DNA of 63,942 bases, counting the filler, from an uncultured bacterium (GTDB taxonomy: Bacteria; Hinthialibacterota; Hinthialibacteria; Hinthialibacterales; Hinthialibacteraceae): the NCBI GenBank assembly GCA_964449065.1. It is 3 parts of 3 records of this genome, joined end to end, with 100 filler letters (N's around TTAATTAATTAA, not from the genome) between each part and the next. Parts side by side here need not be neighbours in the genome. Positions count along the whole stretch, not along the records: positions 1 to 22,090 come from CAYVAZ010000042.1; 2 more parts are not named here. One strand, written 5' to 3'. Below, in pieces: positions 8,098 through 18,944 of the stretch. The position numbers and the translations under genes were made by a program. The notes under the pieces are model-generated. The model did not search any database. It was not told where the DNA came from and saw only the letters and a program-made list of their open reading frames with translations. Within the stretch, counting starts at the first letter, position 1; each line of letters starts with the position of its first letter.

Positions 8098-9728
8098 TAG
8101 GTGACATGCTTCGAGACGCAGCGCCCACGGTCGCTCCTCAAGCTGCCCCTGTCGATGTCTTTTCGCGTCCATCTCAGAAGTCTTCCCGATCAGCCGCCCT
8201 TCTTGGTGCGCTCGGGAAGCTCGATAAGGTGGTCAATCCACTTCTGGAGGAATACTCCAAGGAAGCCAGAGAGCGTGAGTTCTCCGAAGGCCAGCAGGCG
8301 TTCAAGGCAAACCGAAAGGCGTTCAAGGATGCTGTCAGGGATGGAGACCTCCCTGCGGGTGCTTCCCCTTGGGTCAATCGAGGCTACCGCACATCGCAGT
8401 TGAAGGCTCAGGCAGGCAACTATGCGGTGATGCTTTCGAGGGCGCTCGACCAGTCCAACCTTGAAGAGACTGGAGACCCTCAAGAGATCGAGCAGTTCAT
8501 GCAGGAGTTCTACTCAGACTTTGCTGAGAAGAACGGCATCGCTGACTACGACCCGGTGGAAGTGCAGGATGCGTTCCTACCGACAGTCACGCAGGCCCAT
8601 GAAGGTTTCCGAAAGGCCCACATGCAGCGCCATGTGAAATGGGTCGAGGACAAGCGCTTCGAGGCTTATGGGGCCGAGTTGGTCACGAACATCGATGTGC
8701 TCGGAATACAGGGCGGGTTCGCCATTGAGGGTAACCGCCAGCAACTCAACCAGACCATCATGCAGGCCGCTGCAACCCTCGATGCTGAAGGGTTGGATCG
8801 CACGAAGATCACCAAGGCCACCATTGACATCATCACGAATGCTGCAGTCAACCGCTCCGACCTGAGCATCCTGCAGTCTCTCAAGGAAGTGAACCTCGGG
8901 ACCGCCCCTTTGGGCAACACCGCCTATGGTCGAAGCCAGATGGCCCGCGCCCGCGAGACGATCCTGAACAAGCAGGAAGCTGCAGCGCGTCGTCGGGCGG
9001 CTGCGGAGAAGCGCCGTAGAGGCGATATGATCAAGAACGTCGAGAACATGGTCATGAACTCCATCATGGAGGGTGATGAGCCGATGGTCGAAGAGGGCAT
9101 CCAGTTCCTTCGAGACAATGGCGAGGCCCTCGCAGCTTATACCCTGATGGGTAAGTCGCGTGAGTTCGACCAGTGGACCGATGAGGAAGCCTTCGAAGAG
9201 AACTATGCGGTCTTCCGTGCAGCGATCTTCGATGAGGCTTACGTTGCGGATCGCCGGGAAGCTGCAGGTATTCTCGTGAGGGACTATGGTGTTCCTGTCC
9301 AATACGTTGAGCAGTGGACCCGAAGTGCTGATGATCTCTACGAGACCCCCGATCTCCTAGAGTTTCTTCGTAGTGCTCCCATTAAGGAGACCAAGCAGAA
9401 CCTCGATAAGGCGATCAACGGTAGTGGCGTCTTCAAAGACATCACAGGCGAGCAGAAGAACAACGTCGTTCGCGCTCAGACCGAATTTGAGGAGAGGATG
9501 CAAGAGTACTACTTTGCAAACGAACTCGACCTCAACACGAACGCTGGTCGTGCGCAGATGCTCGCAGAAAATAGAAGGCTCTACAAAGAAATCTACGAGA
9601 AATACAAGTCCGATGGTATTGGTAGTGGATTTGGGGCCAACCCTGACTCTTCTTCAAGCACCCCGAGCGGTGCCCAGCGCCAGACAGATGGTGATGGAGC
9701 AGGCTCTTCAATAGTTCCAGACTTTTAA
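8082..9728 (+). CDS. internal virion protein C, T7 gp15-like ejection protein
   Basis: Gene position; PQAAPVDVF N-terminus, LLGALGKL, PAGASPW; largely helical composition. Confidence 0.7.
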   Translation: MGRPVVGDMLRDAAPTVAPQAAPVDVFSRPSQKSSRSAALLGALGKLDKVVNPLLEEYSKEAREREFSEGQQAFKANRKAFKDAVRDGDLPAGASPWVNRGYRTSQLKAQAGNYAVMLSRALDQSNLEETGDPQEIEQFMQEFYSDFAEKNGIADYDPVEVQDAFLPTVTQAHEGFRKAHMQRHVKWVEDKRFEAYGAELVTNIDVLGIQGGFAIEGNRQQLNQTIMQAAATLDAEGLDRTKITKATIDIITNAAVNRSDLSILQSLKEVNLGTAPLGNTAYGRSQMARARETILNKQEAAARRRAAAEKRRRGDMIKNVENMVMNSIMEGDEPMVEEGIQFLRDNGEALAAYTLMGKSREFDQWTDEEAFEENYAVFRAAIFDEAYVADRREAAGILVRDYGVPVQYVEQWTRSADDLYETPDLLEFLRSAPIKETKQNLDKAINGSGVFKDITGEQKNNVVRAQTEFEERMQEYYFANELDLNTNAGRAQMLAENRRLYKEIYEKYKSDGIGSGFGANPDSSSSTPSGAQRQTDGDGAGSSIVPDF

Positions 9729-9743
9729 GGGATACGTCTCGAT

Positions 9744-12700
9744 ATGGATGAACAGACCACCACAGCGGAGGATACGTCCTTCCAGCAACTTCAAGACCCG
9801 GAAGCAGCCCGTCAATGGCTGAAACAGAACCCCTCCCAAGCCCCTGCCTTCGACGAGAAGTATGGACCGGGCAAAGCTGCGGAACTCATAAGTGCCCCTG
9901 AGAAGACCGCAGAGCCGTCAGGAGGGGGCATCCTAGACACGGCTGCTGACATAGGTAAGGGGGTCGTTTATGGCGTCACGGACGGCCTCAGGGAGGTTGA
10001 CAGGTTCACCAGTTCGATCAACCCGGTCAACATGGTGACGGACTATCTCGGGGTGACAGACGCAGACGAGCGAAAAGCCCGCGATGAGGGCATCCGTGAG
10101 AGAGCGAACGAAGTCCTTGAATCCGTTGTGGATCGCCCTGATGGCATCGCAGGTGCCCTCGCGAAGGGGATCACGCAGTTCCTCACCGGATTTGCTATCG
10201 GTGGTGTTGCGATCAAGGGCGCGGGTATGGCTGCGGGTCTCGCTAAAGGGGCCTTCGCCGATGCTGCCGCCTTCGACCCGCAGGAAGGCAACCTCTCGGC
10301 TTTCCTCGAAGAGAACAACTGGGCTGTCCCTATCGTCACCGACATGCTCGCAACCGACCCCGATCATCCCGAGTGGACGAACCGGGCGAGAAACGCCATT
10401 GAGGGCATGGGTCTCGGGATAGCCGCTGAGGCGCTCATCAAGGGCGTGAGGGCGGTTGCTCTCGGTCGAAAAGCCAAGGAGACCGGCAGCGAAGAGGCCG
10501 CTCAGGAAGCCGCTGAGGCTGCTCAGGAGGCTGCTGAACAGGGTGCCAAGGTTGATGAGGCTGTTGACGCTGGTCAGCCCCTAACGCCCATGCAGGAAGC
10601 CTCCGAGCTTGCCTCGCAGGTGTCCTCAGGGAAGAAGCCTGAGAGCGCTGCGGGTGATCTCGTGGACATTGACGCTCTCAGGGAGTTCGTGGACCTTCGT
10701 GGGGCTGTCGACCCCGAAGACCTCGGAACGCCCCCACAGACAGCCTTCAACTACGACAAACTCGGCCCGGAGATGGATGCGAAGAGCATCATCCGGGTGG
10801 TCGAAGAGGCTCACAAGGAGGCTGGCGTTCTCTCGCGGGTGAATGCAGATCAGCCTGAGTCTCTCAAGACGACTGCGAGGAAAGCTTCGAGGCAGGTCGG
10901 GGACATCCTCGGTCTCGAAGGTAGGAGCATGGACCAGTTTCATGCTCGCATCGAGAAGCAGGCCCTCGAAGGGAAGGATATGGCCGCGACCCTTGTGGCT
11001 GGCAGGACTGTGTTGGTCACTCTCGGGGATCGCATCTCCACCCTCGCCAAGCAGATCGACGATGCAGCCGCGAAGGGCAACACAAACGCCGAGATGGAAG
11101 AGACCTTCCTGCGTCTTCTCCAGAAACACAGCGATGTTCAGCTTCACCTCAAAGGCATTCAGACTGCCGCTGCGAGAGCAGTGTCCGCTGGGCGCATCGG
11201 GGTGAAGAATGACGCACAGAAGGCGATGATCGAGGACGCCGCCAAGCAGGCGTTAAACAATGCCGGTGGGTCGAAGAACATTCGCAGGATGGCGAAGAGA
11301 CTTGCAGGTGCCAACAACAGCTCCCAGCAGGCTCAGGTTATCCGCGAAATGACCAAGCCTCGCGTCATGGACTATGTGAACGAGTATTGGATCAACGCGA
11401 TCCTTTCCGGTCCTCAAACCCATCTCACGAACATCATGTCGGGTGTTTACAATGTGGGTCTTCTTCCTGCCGAGAGAATTGTCGGTGGAATGTTGAGTCT
11501 GAATGGGTCGCAAGTCAGGACTGGTCTCAAAGAGTATATGTATATGACGACCTCGATTGGGGATGCGGCGAGTATGGCTGCGAAGTCCTTCATGCGAGGC
11601 GACAACATGCTCGATACGGTCAGCAAGATCGAAGGCCCCGAGAACCTACGCGCGATCTCTTCAAAGAACCTTGGAGGGGGTACCGCTGTGGACATCATGG
11701 GGAACACCCTTCGACTGCCTTCGCGCTTCCTCACGGCTGAGGACGAGTTCTTCAAGCAGCTTGTGTTCCGGTCGCACCTGAAAGCCTCTCTCAGCGAGCG
11801 AGTGGCTGCGATGACCCCGGCACAGATCAGGAAGGCCGGTTACAACTCCGCTGGAGAGATGATCCAAGGTGAGTTCCAGAAGGGGTTTATGACGACCCAG
11901 CAGGCCGAGAACGAGTTCCTCAAGCTACTCGACGAGGGCAAGGTCACGGATGCACCGGGCGAGCGTGAGGCGTTCATCCAGCGATCCATCGGCACCGCCA
12001 TGCCGGGGAACCATCAGGCTCTCGAAGCGCTCAGAATGGCCCGTGAGGCTACCTTCACGACGCCTTTGAGTAAGCAGAGCAACGACCCTCTCATCCGTTT
12101 CTCAGCGGGTGTGCAGGAGATGACGAACCGTCACCCGACCTTGAAGCAACTTCTCCCGTTCACTCGAACCCCCACGAACCTCATCAGCGTGGCATGGGAT
12201 CGAGCACCGGGTCTCAACCTCGTGAGGAAGCAGTTCCGAGAACAGCTTGCAAGCCCCGACCCTGCTATCAGGGCAGAGGCCAGAGGTAAGCTGGCGACTG
12301 GTGTGGTGATGGCGGGTGGGCTACTGATGTTCGCCCTACAAGGTCGGATCACAGGAAGTGGCCCAGTAGACGCCAAGATGCGTCAGACCTACCTTCAAGA
12401 CCCCAACTATCAGCCAAGCTCGATCAACTTCGGTACCGCTGAGGAACCTTATTGGGTGTCGATAGACCGCCTCGACCCTCATGCGTCACTGTTTGGTGTC
12501 ATTGGGGACATTCAGGAGATGATCGAAATCTCTGGCAATGACCCCAGCCTCGATCAATCGAATTGGGCTGCGATGGTGTCTCTGTCTATCGCCAACAACA
12601 TCGTCAATAAGACCTACATGCAGGGCCTCGCTGAGTTCTTTGAGATCATGAATGCGGGGAACCAGCCTTGGGTTGTCGATGCTTGGTTGAAGAACCGAGC

Positions 12701-13415
12701 AGCGTCCTTCATGCCCTTCTCTGGTGCTGGCTCGCAGGTTAGCAAGTACACCACGCCGGAACTCCAAGACACTCGCGAGATGGTCGACAAGATGCGGCTT
12801 AGGCTTCCGGGAATCGCCCCGGACTCTCCGACCCGCTACTCATGGTTGTCCGGTGAGAGTGTCGAGCGTCCTGACTTCCTTCTCGGCTACATCGCCACGA
12901 AGGGAGGCAAGCGCGATCCTGTCGCTGAGGAGCTAGGAAACCTGCAATATGGCTTCTCTGGCCCTGAAAGGACGATGGAAGGGGTGAAGCTTTCCTCAGA
13001 GCAATTCCAAGAGTGGAACAGGCTCATGGGGTCGGTGAAGCTCGGAGGTCGCACTCTCAAGGAAACCCTTTGGGAAGTCATGCAGAGTGAAGCCTACGAC
13101 CTCGACCGCAAGAGAATACCCGATGGTCTTGCAAGGCCCGCCGAGTCGTCTCGCGTGGACATGCTTCGAGGGATTGTGAGTGAATACAAGTCCGCTGCGA
13201 AGGACATCATGCTTCGTCAGTCTTATGAAAGGCTGGTGCGGGGTGAAGAGACCCCTGACGAAAGCCTCTTCGAAAGCTACCGGAAGGCTGAGAACTGGAA
13301 GGCTCAAGTTGAGGCCGGGGCTGTGCCGTCATATAATGATGGAACTCCCGTACAGCGTGATGACCTCAAACTAGACTTCCGAGAGGGTGTTGGGACACTC
13401 TTCAATCCCCAGTAA
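9744..13415 (+). CDS. internal virion protein D, T7 gp16-like ejection protein
   Basis: 1223 aa directly before the fibre. Motifs EYWINAILSGPQTH, LPSRFLTAEDEFFKQL, LPFTRTPTN, NKTYMQGL resemble gp16 of marine autographiviruses as I recall them. Confidence 0.8.
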   Translation: MDEQTTTAEDTSFQQLQDPEAARQWLKQNPSQAPAFDEKYGPGKAAELISAPEKTAEPSGGGILDTAADIGKGVVYGVTDGLREVDRFTSSINPVNMVTDYLGVTDADERKARDEGIRERANEVLESVVDRPDGIAGALAKGITQFLTGFAIGGVAIKGAGMAAGLAKGAFADAAAFDPQEGNLSAFLEENNWAVPIVTDMLATDPDHPEWTNRARNAIEGMGLGIAAEALIKGVRAVALGRKAKETGSEEAAQEAAEAAQEAAEQGAKVDEAVDAGQPLTPMQEASELASQVSSGKKPESAAGDLVDIDALREFVDLRGAVDPEDLGTPPQTAFNYDKLGPEMDAKSIIRVVEEAHKEAGVLSRVNADQPESLKTTARKASRQVGDILGLEGRSMDQFHARIEKQALEGKDMAATLVAGRTVLVTLGDRISTLAKQIDDAAAKGNTNAEMEETFLRLLQKHSDVQLHLKGIQTAAARAVSAGRIGVKNDAQKAMIEDAAKQALNNAGGSKNIRRMAKRLAGANNSSQQAQVIREMTKPRVMDYVNEYWINAILSGPQTHLTNIMSGVYNVGLLPAERIVGGMLSLNGSQVRTGLKEYMYMTTSIGDAASMAAKSFMRGDNMLDTVSKIEGPENLRAISSKNLGGGTAVDIMGNTLRLPSRFLTAEDEFFKQLVFRSHLKASLSERVAAMTPAQIRKAGYNSAGEMIQGEFQKGFMTTQQAENEFLKLLDEGKVTDAPGEREAFIQRSIGTAMPGNHQALEALRMAREATFTTPLSKQSNDPLIRFSAGVQEMTNRHPTLKQLLPFTRTPTNLISVAWDRAPGLNLVRKQFREQLASPDPAIRAEARGKLATGVVMAGGLLMFALQGRITGSGPVDAKMRQTYLQDPNYQPSSINFGTAEEPYWVSIDRLDPHASLFGVIGDIQEMIEISGNDPSLDQSNWAAMVSLSIANNIVNKTYMQGLAEFFEIMNAGNQPWVVDAWLKNRAASFMPFSGAGSQVSKYTTPELQDTREMVDKMRLRLPGIAPDSPTRYSWLSGESVERPDFLLGYIATKGGKRDPVAEELGNLQYGFSGPERTMEGVKLSSEQFQEWNRLMGSVKLGGRTLKETLWEVMQSEAYDLDRKRIPDGLARPAESSRVDMLRGIVSEYKSAAKDIMLRQSYERLVRGEETPDESLFESYRKAENWKAQVEAGAVPSYNDGTPVQRDDLKLDFREGVGTLFNPQ

Positions 13416-13424
13416 GAAACTTTC

Positions 13425-13454
13425 AGGGCGCATCCTTTAGTTAGGGTGCGCCTT
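13425..13454 (+). promoter_or_regulatory. 12-bp hairpin between gp16 and the tail fibre (pause, processing site or weak terminator)
   Basis: AGGGCGCATCCT-TTAGTT-AGGGTGCGCCTT with no U-tract. Confidence 0.5.
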
Positions 13455-13485
13455 ACCTAAAATTATTATCAGAAGAAAGGTTAAC

Positions 13486-16400
13486 ATGTCTCGTTCATTC
13501 GTTCGTTATGTAGCCTTCGGTGTTATCCGAGACTACCAGTTTACATTTGATTACCTCTCCAAGGACCATATCGAAGTCTTCCTCAACGGTGAGCAGACCG
13601 ATGACTTTTCGTTTGTGACACCCTCTGTTGTCAGGTTCGATTTTGCGCCTAACAGCGGCGACCTTGTAGAAATTCGCAGGAATACGCCTGTCGACCCTGA
13701 GACTCGTTTCACGGATGGGTCGATCCTGTTCGCCAACGACCTGAACACTGCTGACCTGCAGGCGCTCTTCATCGCCGAAGAAGCTCGCGACCGGGCGGAT
13801 GACGCCCTCTCGAAGCGGCCTGATGGTCATTGGGATGCAGAGGGGCGCCGCATTACGAACCTCGCGAACCCGGTGGAAGACTCCGATGCAGCGACCCGAG
13901 AGTTCGTGCTCACGAGAGCGACGGGCAAGGATTTCGATTTCTCGGAGTTCTTCCAGACCTACAAGGATGACTTTCTCGATGAGACTCGGCCATTCATTGT
14001 GTCCGAGATCGACATCAAAATTCCTCAGATACTTTCGTTGACCCAAGACTATGTGAATTTGAATTTGAATTTGGAAATCCAAAGTGTCCAGCAGGATATT
14101 ACAGCGACCTTAGAGGCTTCGAAGCAGTACACGGACACCACAGCGTCTCTCCAGTCAGCGCAGATCACAACGCTAGAGAACTCCATAACCGCCTTTGGTG
14201 AGAATGTAAATACGATCAACGGGCAGCTTGTCAACTTCACAACCACAGTGGACGTGGAGTCGATTGCAGACGCTCGGCTGACGAGTGCGACCAATTACAC
14301 GGACTCACAGATAAGTGCTGTTTCCGAGGATATCACGACGCTAGAGAACTCCATAACCACCCTTGGTGAGGGTGTGGATACGATCAACGGGCAGCTTGTC
14401 AACTTCACAACCACAGTGGACGTGGAGTCCATCGCAGACGCTCGACTGACGAGTGCGACCAATNNNNNNNNNNNNNNNNNNNNNNNNNNNNNNNNNNNNN
14501 NNNNNNNNNNNNNNNNNNNNNNNNNNNNNNNNNNNNNNNNNNNNNNNNNNNNNNNNNNNNNNNAACCACAGTGGACGTGGAGTCCATCGCAGACGCTCGA
14601 CTGACGAGTGCGACCAATTACACGGACTCGCAGATAAGTGCTGTTTCCGAGGATATCACGACGCTAGAGAACACCATCTCGGTGATGCAAACCAGCATCA
14701 CTGATCTTGGGAATGAGGCGATCACAACCTTCGATGTGGAGTCGATTGCAGACGCTCGACTGACGAGTGCAACCAACTACACGGACTCTCAGATCACCGC
14801 TGTGTCTTCTGATGTGACCACGCTCGAAAATAATGTGTCTGCCCTACAAACGGCTGTTGACGATCTTGGTAATGAAACTCTGACGACTGTTGAGGTTCAG
14901 TCGATTGCCGACGCCGCGTTGTCGAGTGCGGTCGACTACACAAACACTCAGCTTTCCTCAACGGCTTCCGATATCACGACCCTAACAAACACGCTGACCG
15001 GCCTACAGATGACTGTTGATGATCTCCAAATCATTGCCAGCAGTGTTGATAGTGTTATCACCCTCACAGAAGTGCAGGCTATTGCAGATGCGAGGCTCAC
15101 AGGCGCAATCAACTACACGGATGGTGAGCTTGTTACAGTCAATGAGGATATCTCTACGCTCTCGACTGACATCTCGAACCTCAATCTAAAGGTCGAAGGC
15201 CTTCCAACCTTTGCCGATGTCAATTCGGCTGCATCTTCGACGCTGACGAATTCGACCACCTACACTGACAACCTGATTGGGATCATCAACAATGATATCA
15301 CGACACTGACGAGTGACCTTTCGGGTATTCAAGCGACGGTTGGGAGCCTACCGACAGTTATCGAAGTGGAGTCCATAGCGGATGCTCGACTGACGAATGC
15401 GACCATCTACACTGACAGCCAGATTGGGATCGTCAACAATAATATCACGGCACTAGAGACCTCCATCAACGTCCTGCCGACGACCTCCGAAGTCAACTCG
15501 ATAGCAAACAACGCCCTCACTCAATCGACCTACTACACGGACGATCAGCTTGTCACTGTGAGTGAGGCCATTGCGACCCTTCAAAGTGATTTGAATGATG
15601 TCCAGGCAGAGGTTGATACCCTTCCGACAACCGTTAATGTGGAGACCATCGCCGATAACAGGCTCGGTCAAGCTCAACTCTACACGGATAATCAGGTATC
15701 CTTGGAGGCAACGGAGAGATCGAACCTTGAAGTCAGGGTTACGGGTATCGAGACAGAGCTTCCAGCGTTCCTGAAAGAAGACGACCTTCCGCCTTACATC
15801 ACACCCACAGAGCTTCAAACGACTGCCGATCAGACTTTGAATGCCTCTCAGTTGTATGTGGATAATGTGGTCTTTCTAGAGGCGCAGAACCGCACCACGC
15901 TGGAAAACTATGTAAACAACCTCCCAACCATGACGGATTTGAATAATCTGGGGGTCGTTCCATACGCTACTATCCAAAACATAGCGGATCAAACGCTATC
16001 GTCTTCGCAATATTATACGGATAATCAGGTATCCTTGGAAACAACGGAGAGATCGAACCTTGAAGTCAGGGTTACGGGTATCGAGACAGAGCTTCCAGCG
16101 TTCCTGAAAGAAGACGACCTTCCGCCTTACATCACACCCACAGAGCTTCAAACGACTGCCGATCAGACTTTGAATGCCTCTCAGTTGTATGTGGATAATG
16201 TGGTCTTTCTAGAGGCGCAGAACCGCACCACGCTGGAAAACTATGTAAACAACCTCCCAACCATGACGGATTTGAATAATCTGGGGGTCGTTCCATACGC
16301 TACTATCCAAAACATAGCGGATTACACGCTATCGTCTTCGCAATATTATACGGATCAAAAAGTCGGTTTAGAGTCGATACAGCGCACAACTTTGGCAAGC

Positions 16401-18491
16401 ACGCTATCCACTGTATCCGATGACCTCAATGCTTTGTCAAACACGCTATCCACTGTATCCAATGACCTCGATGCTTTGGAGTTAGCTGTCGGTGCTCTTC
16501 CGAATACCATTGAGGTTGAGAGTATCGCAAACGAAGCTCTCACTTCTTCGACCCAATACACTGATGATAAGATAGAGGCGGAAGCCGCGAAACGGGTCGA
16601 ACTCAAAGCGACCTTGAAGGGAGATATTGAGTCTCAAGCGGAGACTCGGTACATCAACCCCGGTGTAAGGTTCTTTGAGGAAGGTTTAAGCGACTACGTC
16701 TTTTATGGTGATGCGTCTGTCGCAACATTCTACGACACTTCAAACGGTAAGAAAGACCTACGATTTGTTGTCCCAGGGGAAGTCTATAATGGGCTTAGGT
16801 TTTCCTCTAACTCTTCCGATTGGGTAGGCTCAATCAACTCAGACCACTACAAAGTTGTTATCGAGTACACATTGCACAGCGGTAACCGCGAAAGTGGTGG
16901 TTTGCTGTGTGATTGGGTCAACACGAGTAGCACTCAATTCCGGGAACAGGTTAGCTGGGCCGATATCCCTACGATTACCAAGAAGAATGGGAGGTCTAGA
17001 GCTACCTTTACGTTCACCAAACCATCCAACTTCTCGGGTACATTCTACCGAAATGATATCTACATTCTACCATCTTCAGGTATCTTTGGGATTGCGACAA
17101 CAGACATCGACATCACAATCCACGAGTTCTCTGTCATTGAGGTAGAGCCTCAGGAGGTTGGTGAAGGGTCTTGGGCTCCTGCTCTATCAGCGGCGGTGAC
17201 TGATGCTTTTGACGCCTCAGTGGTCTACACCAACGATAAGGTAGCGGCCGAGGCAACACTAAGAACCCACCTGGAGTCCTCGATCAATACTGAGTTGTGG
17301 AACCGTAGGGACACTACTGAGTGTATTGCAGATAGGTTCTTCCAAAAACCAACAAAATGGTATGAATGGCAAGGATCGCCTGTATACGATCAAAATGGGC
17401 TAACTTTTAATACGCCAGATACTAGCAACCAAGGGATATATGTACACAGCTACAACAATAGTAGATGGATTGGTGTTGAAAATGAAGAAGCATATGTTGT
17501 TGTCGTTGAATACTCGTTGCTAAGTGGTGGGTTAGGTGGCGCAGGAATTTTGTTTGATTGGCGAAACACTGATAATCAAACCTTTCGTACCCAAAAAGCT
17601 CTATCGAATGACTTCGATGTGACGAAAGTTGCCAATACAACAAACCGCTATCGAGCAGTTGCTATCTGTAAGAGACCTGAAGCTTGGTATGGAACCTTCC
17701 AACAGAATGTCGTGTACGTCATAGGTTCCTATGCCGGTTTGGGCCTCATCCAACCTAAGCACATTATCTTCCACGAGATTTCAATAAAGCCTGCAAAGAA
17801 TGCAGACAAAGATATCGGCCCTCTAAAGGCTACTGTGGATGTGCAAGGGTCGACCCTAGCAACCCTGCAGGGTGATCTGACTGCGAAGTATGGGATCAAG
17901 GTCCAATCAGGGAACCGTCTGGCGTTCATCGATCTGCTGTCGAACAATGTGCTTGGATCAAAGCTGAAGATCGGTGGTGACGTTGTAAAGATCGAAGCTG
18001 ATAGCATCACCCTTTCTGGTGATACGAATGTCGAAGGGACTTTTAGTCTCAACGGCGTGCAGCTTTTCGATGAGTCTATTGATACTCTGAAGTTAATTCA
18101 ACACTCGATTTCAGAGAGTCTTGTAGTCGCCAGCGCTATTGACTATGGTGCTTTTAATAGTGACTGGACTACTGTAAAGTCTTATACGTTTCCACCCGGT
18201 TTCACGTTATTCTCGCGAGTGGTCGGTGAGTGGAAGACGGCGGTTTATAACTATGATAGAGGAGGTGTTCGTATTCAAGTTGGTAATACTACGATTGCGT
18301 CGTATACACTGCCCGATGACGACTTTGACGATTACAAGATTTTTAAAAGGCAAGAGTCTCTAAGTCGCGGATTCTTTTCGAACAGTCCAATCACCCTAAA
18401 GTTCCAGTGTTATAAAAAATACAACGCCGGGGCTGGGCGAGAACTCATATTGAACTGGCACAAAATCGAAGCTATTACGTTCAAGAGGTAA
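13486..18491 (+). CDS. tail fibre protein (T7 gp17-type N-terminal adaptor, YxD-repeat coiled-coil shaft, two CBM-like domains, gpJ/DUF1983-like C-terminus), split by an assembly gap
   Basis: N-terminus FTFDYLSKDHIEVFLNG...IRRNTP...FTDGSIL.ANDLN...QALFIAEE. ORFs 13486-14604 and 14571-18491 carry the same repeat on either side of the N gap, so they are one gene. Confidence 0.88.
14164..14670 (+). repeat. 168-nt (56-aa) tandem repeat in the tail fibre, copy number unresolved
   Basis: CTAGAGAACTCCATAACC at 14173 and 14341; the repeat continues after the gap. Confidence 0.9.
14464..14563. other. scaffold gap (100 N)
   Basis: The 55 nt before the gap (14409-14463) are identical to the 55 nt after it (14564-14618), typical of an unresolved repeat in a k-mer assembly. 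Confidence 0.95.
15684..16355 (+). repeat. 333-nt (111-aa) near-perfect tandem duplication in the tail fibre
   Basis: ACGGATAATCAGGTATCC at 15684 and 16017. The copies differ only at EA/ET and DQT/DYT codons. Confidence 0.95.
16400..16478 (+). repeat. 42-nt (14-aa, two-heptad) tandem duplication in the tail fibre
   Basis: CACGCTATCCACTGTATCC at 16400 and 16442 (TLSTVSDDLNALSN / TLSTVSNDLDAL). Confidence 0.9.
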
Positions 18492-18494
18492 TAT

Positions 18495-18944
18495 ATGAAA
18501 TATGCACTATGCGCTGACGACGGGAAGCTGTCGTTGGTGGACATCCAAGTTACTGCGGACAACCTGCAGGAACGTCTGGATGTGCTAACAGCGGACAGTC
18601 GGATTGTCCATGCAGAGCCGTTGGCTGAGTACGACCAAGCTGTAACTCCCGAAACGCACTACTACACGGGCAGTTACATCACCAACCGACCCTCTCTTCC
18701 TGTCGTTCCGACACCAATCGTCGTGGGAGCTTTGACTTCAAGCTATAAGTTCCCTGCGGAGACGGTTGTCGAGTGCTACTACGAGGGACAGTTCGTAGAA
18801 CGCTGGGAGATCGCTCAGGACAACCTTCTTGAGTTCGAGCTGGGAGACACCGGGGAGTGGGAGTTGAGGCTCCTGCCCCCCTTCCCGTGGCTCTCAAAGG
18901 ACGCCAAGATAACAGTGGTGGAACCCGAAGATGCCGAAGCTTAG
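18495..18944 (+). CDS. hypothetical protein, probable tail fibre accessory or assembly protein
   Basis: Immediately follows the fibre; PETHYY...RP and LEFEL...GEWELRL.PPFPW resemble genes that follow gpJ-like fibres. Confidence 0.55.
   Translation: MKYALCADDGKLSLVDIQVTADNLQERLDVLTADSRIVHAEPLAEYDQAVTPETHYYTGSYITNRPSLPVVPTPIVVGALTSSYKFPAETVVECYYEGQFVERWEIAQDNLLEFELGDTGEWELRLLPPFPWLSKDAKITVVEPEDAEA

Noticed and set aside
14405..14704. Separate genes or a programmed frameshift at the fibre break
   Set aside because: The frame change is caused by a 100-N placeholder of arbitrary length between identical 55-nt flanks.
15684..16355. Diversity-generating retroelement TR/VR pair in the tail fibre
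   Set aside because: The copies are tandem and in frame in the shaft, the few differences are not adenine-specific, and no reverse transcriptase is present.
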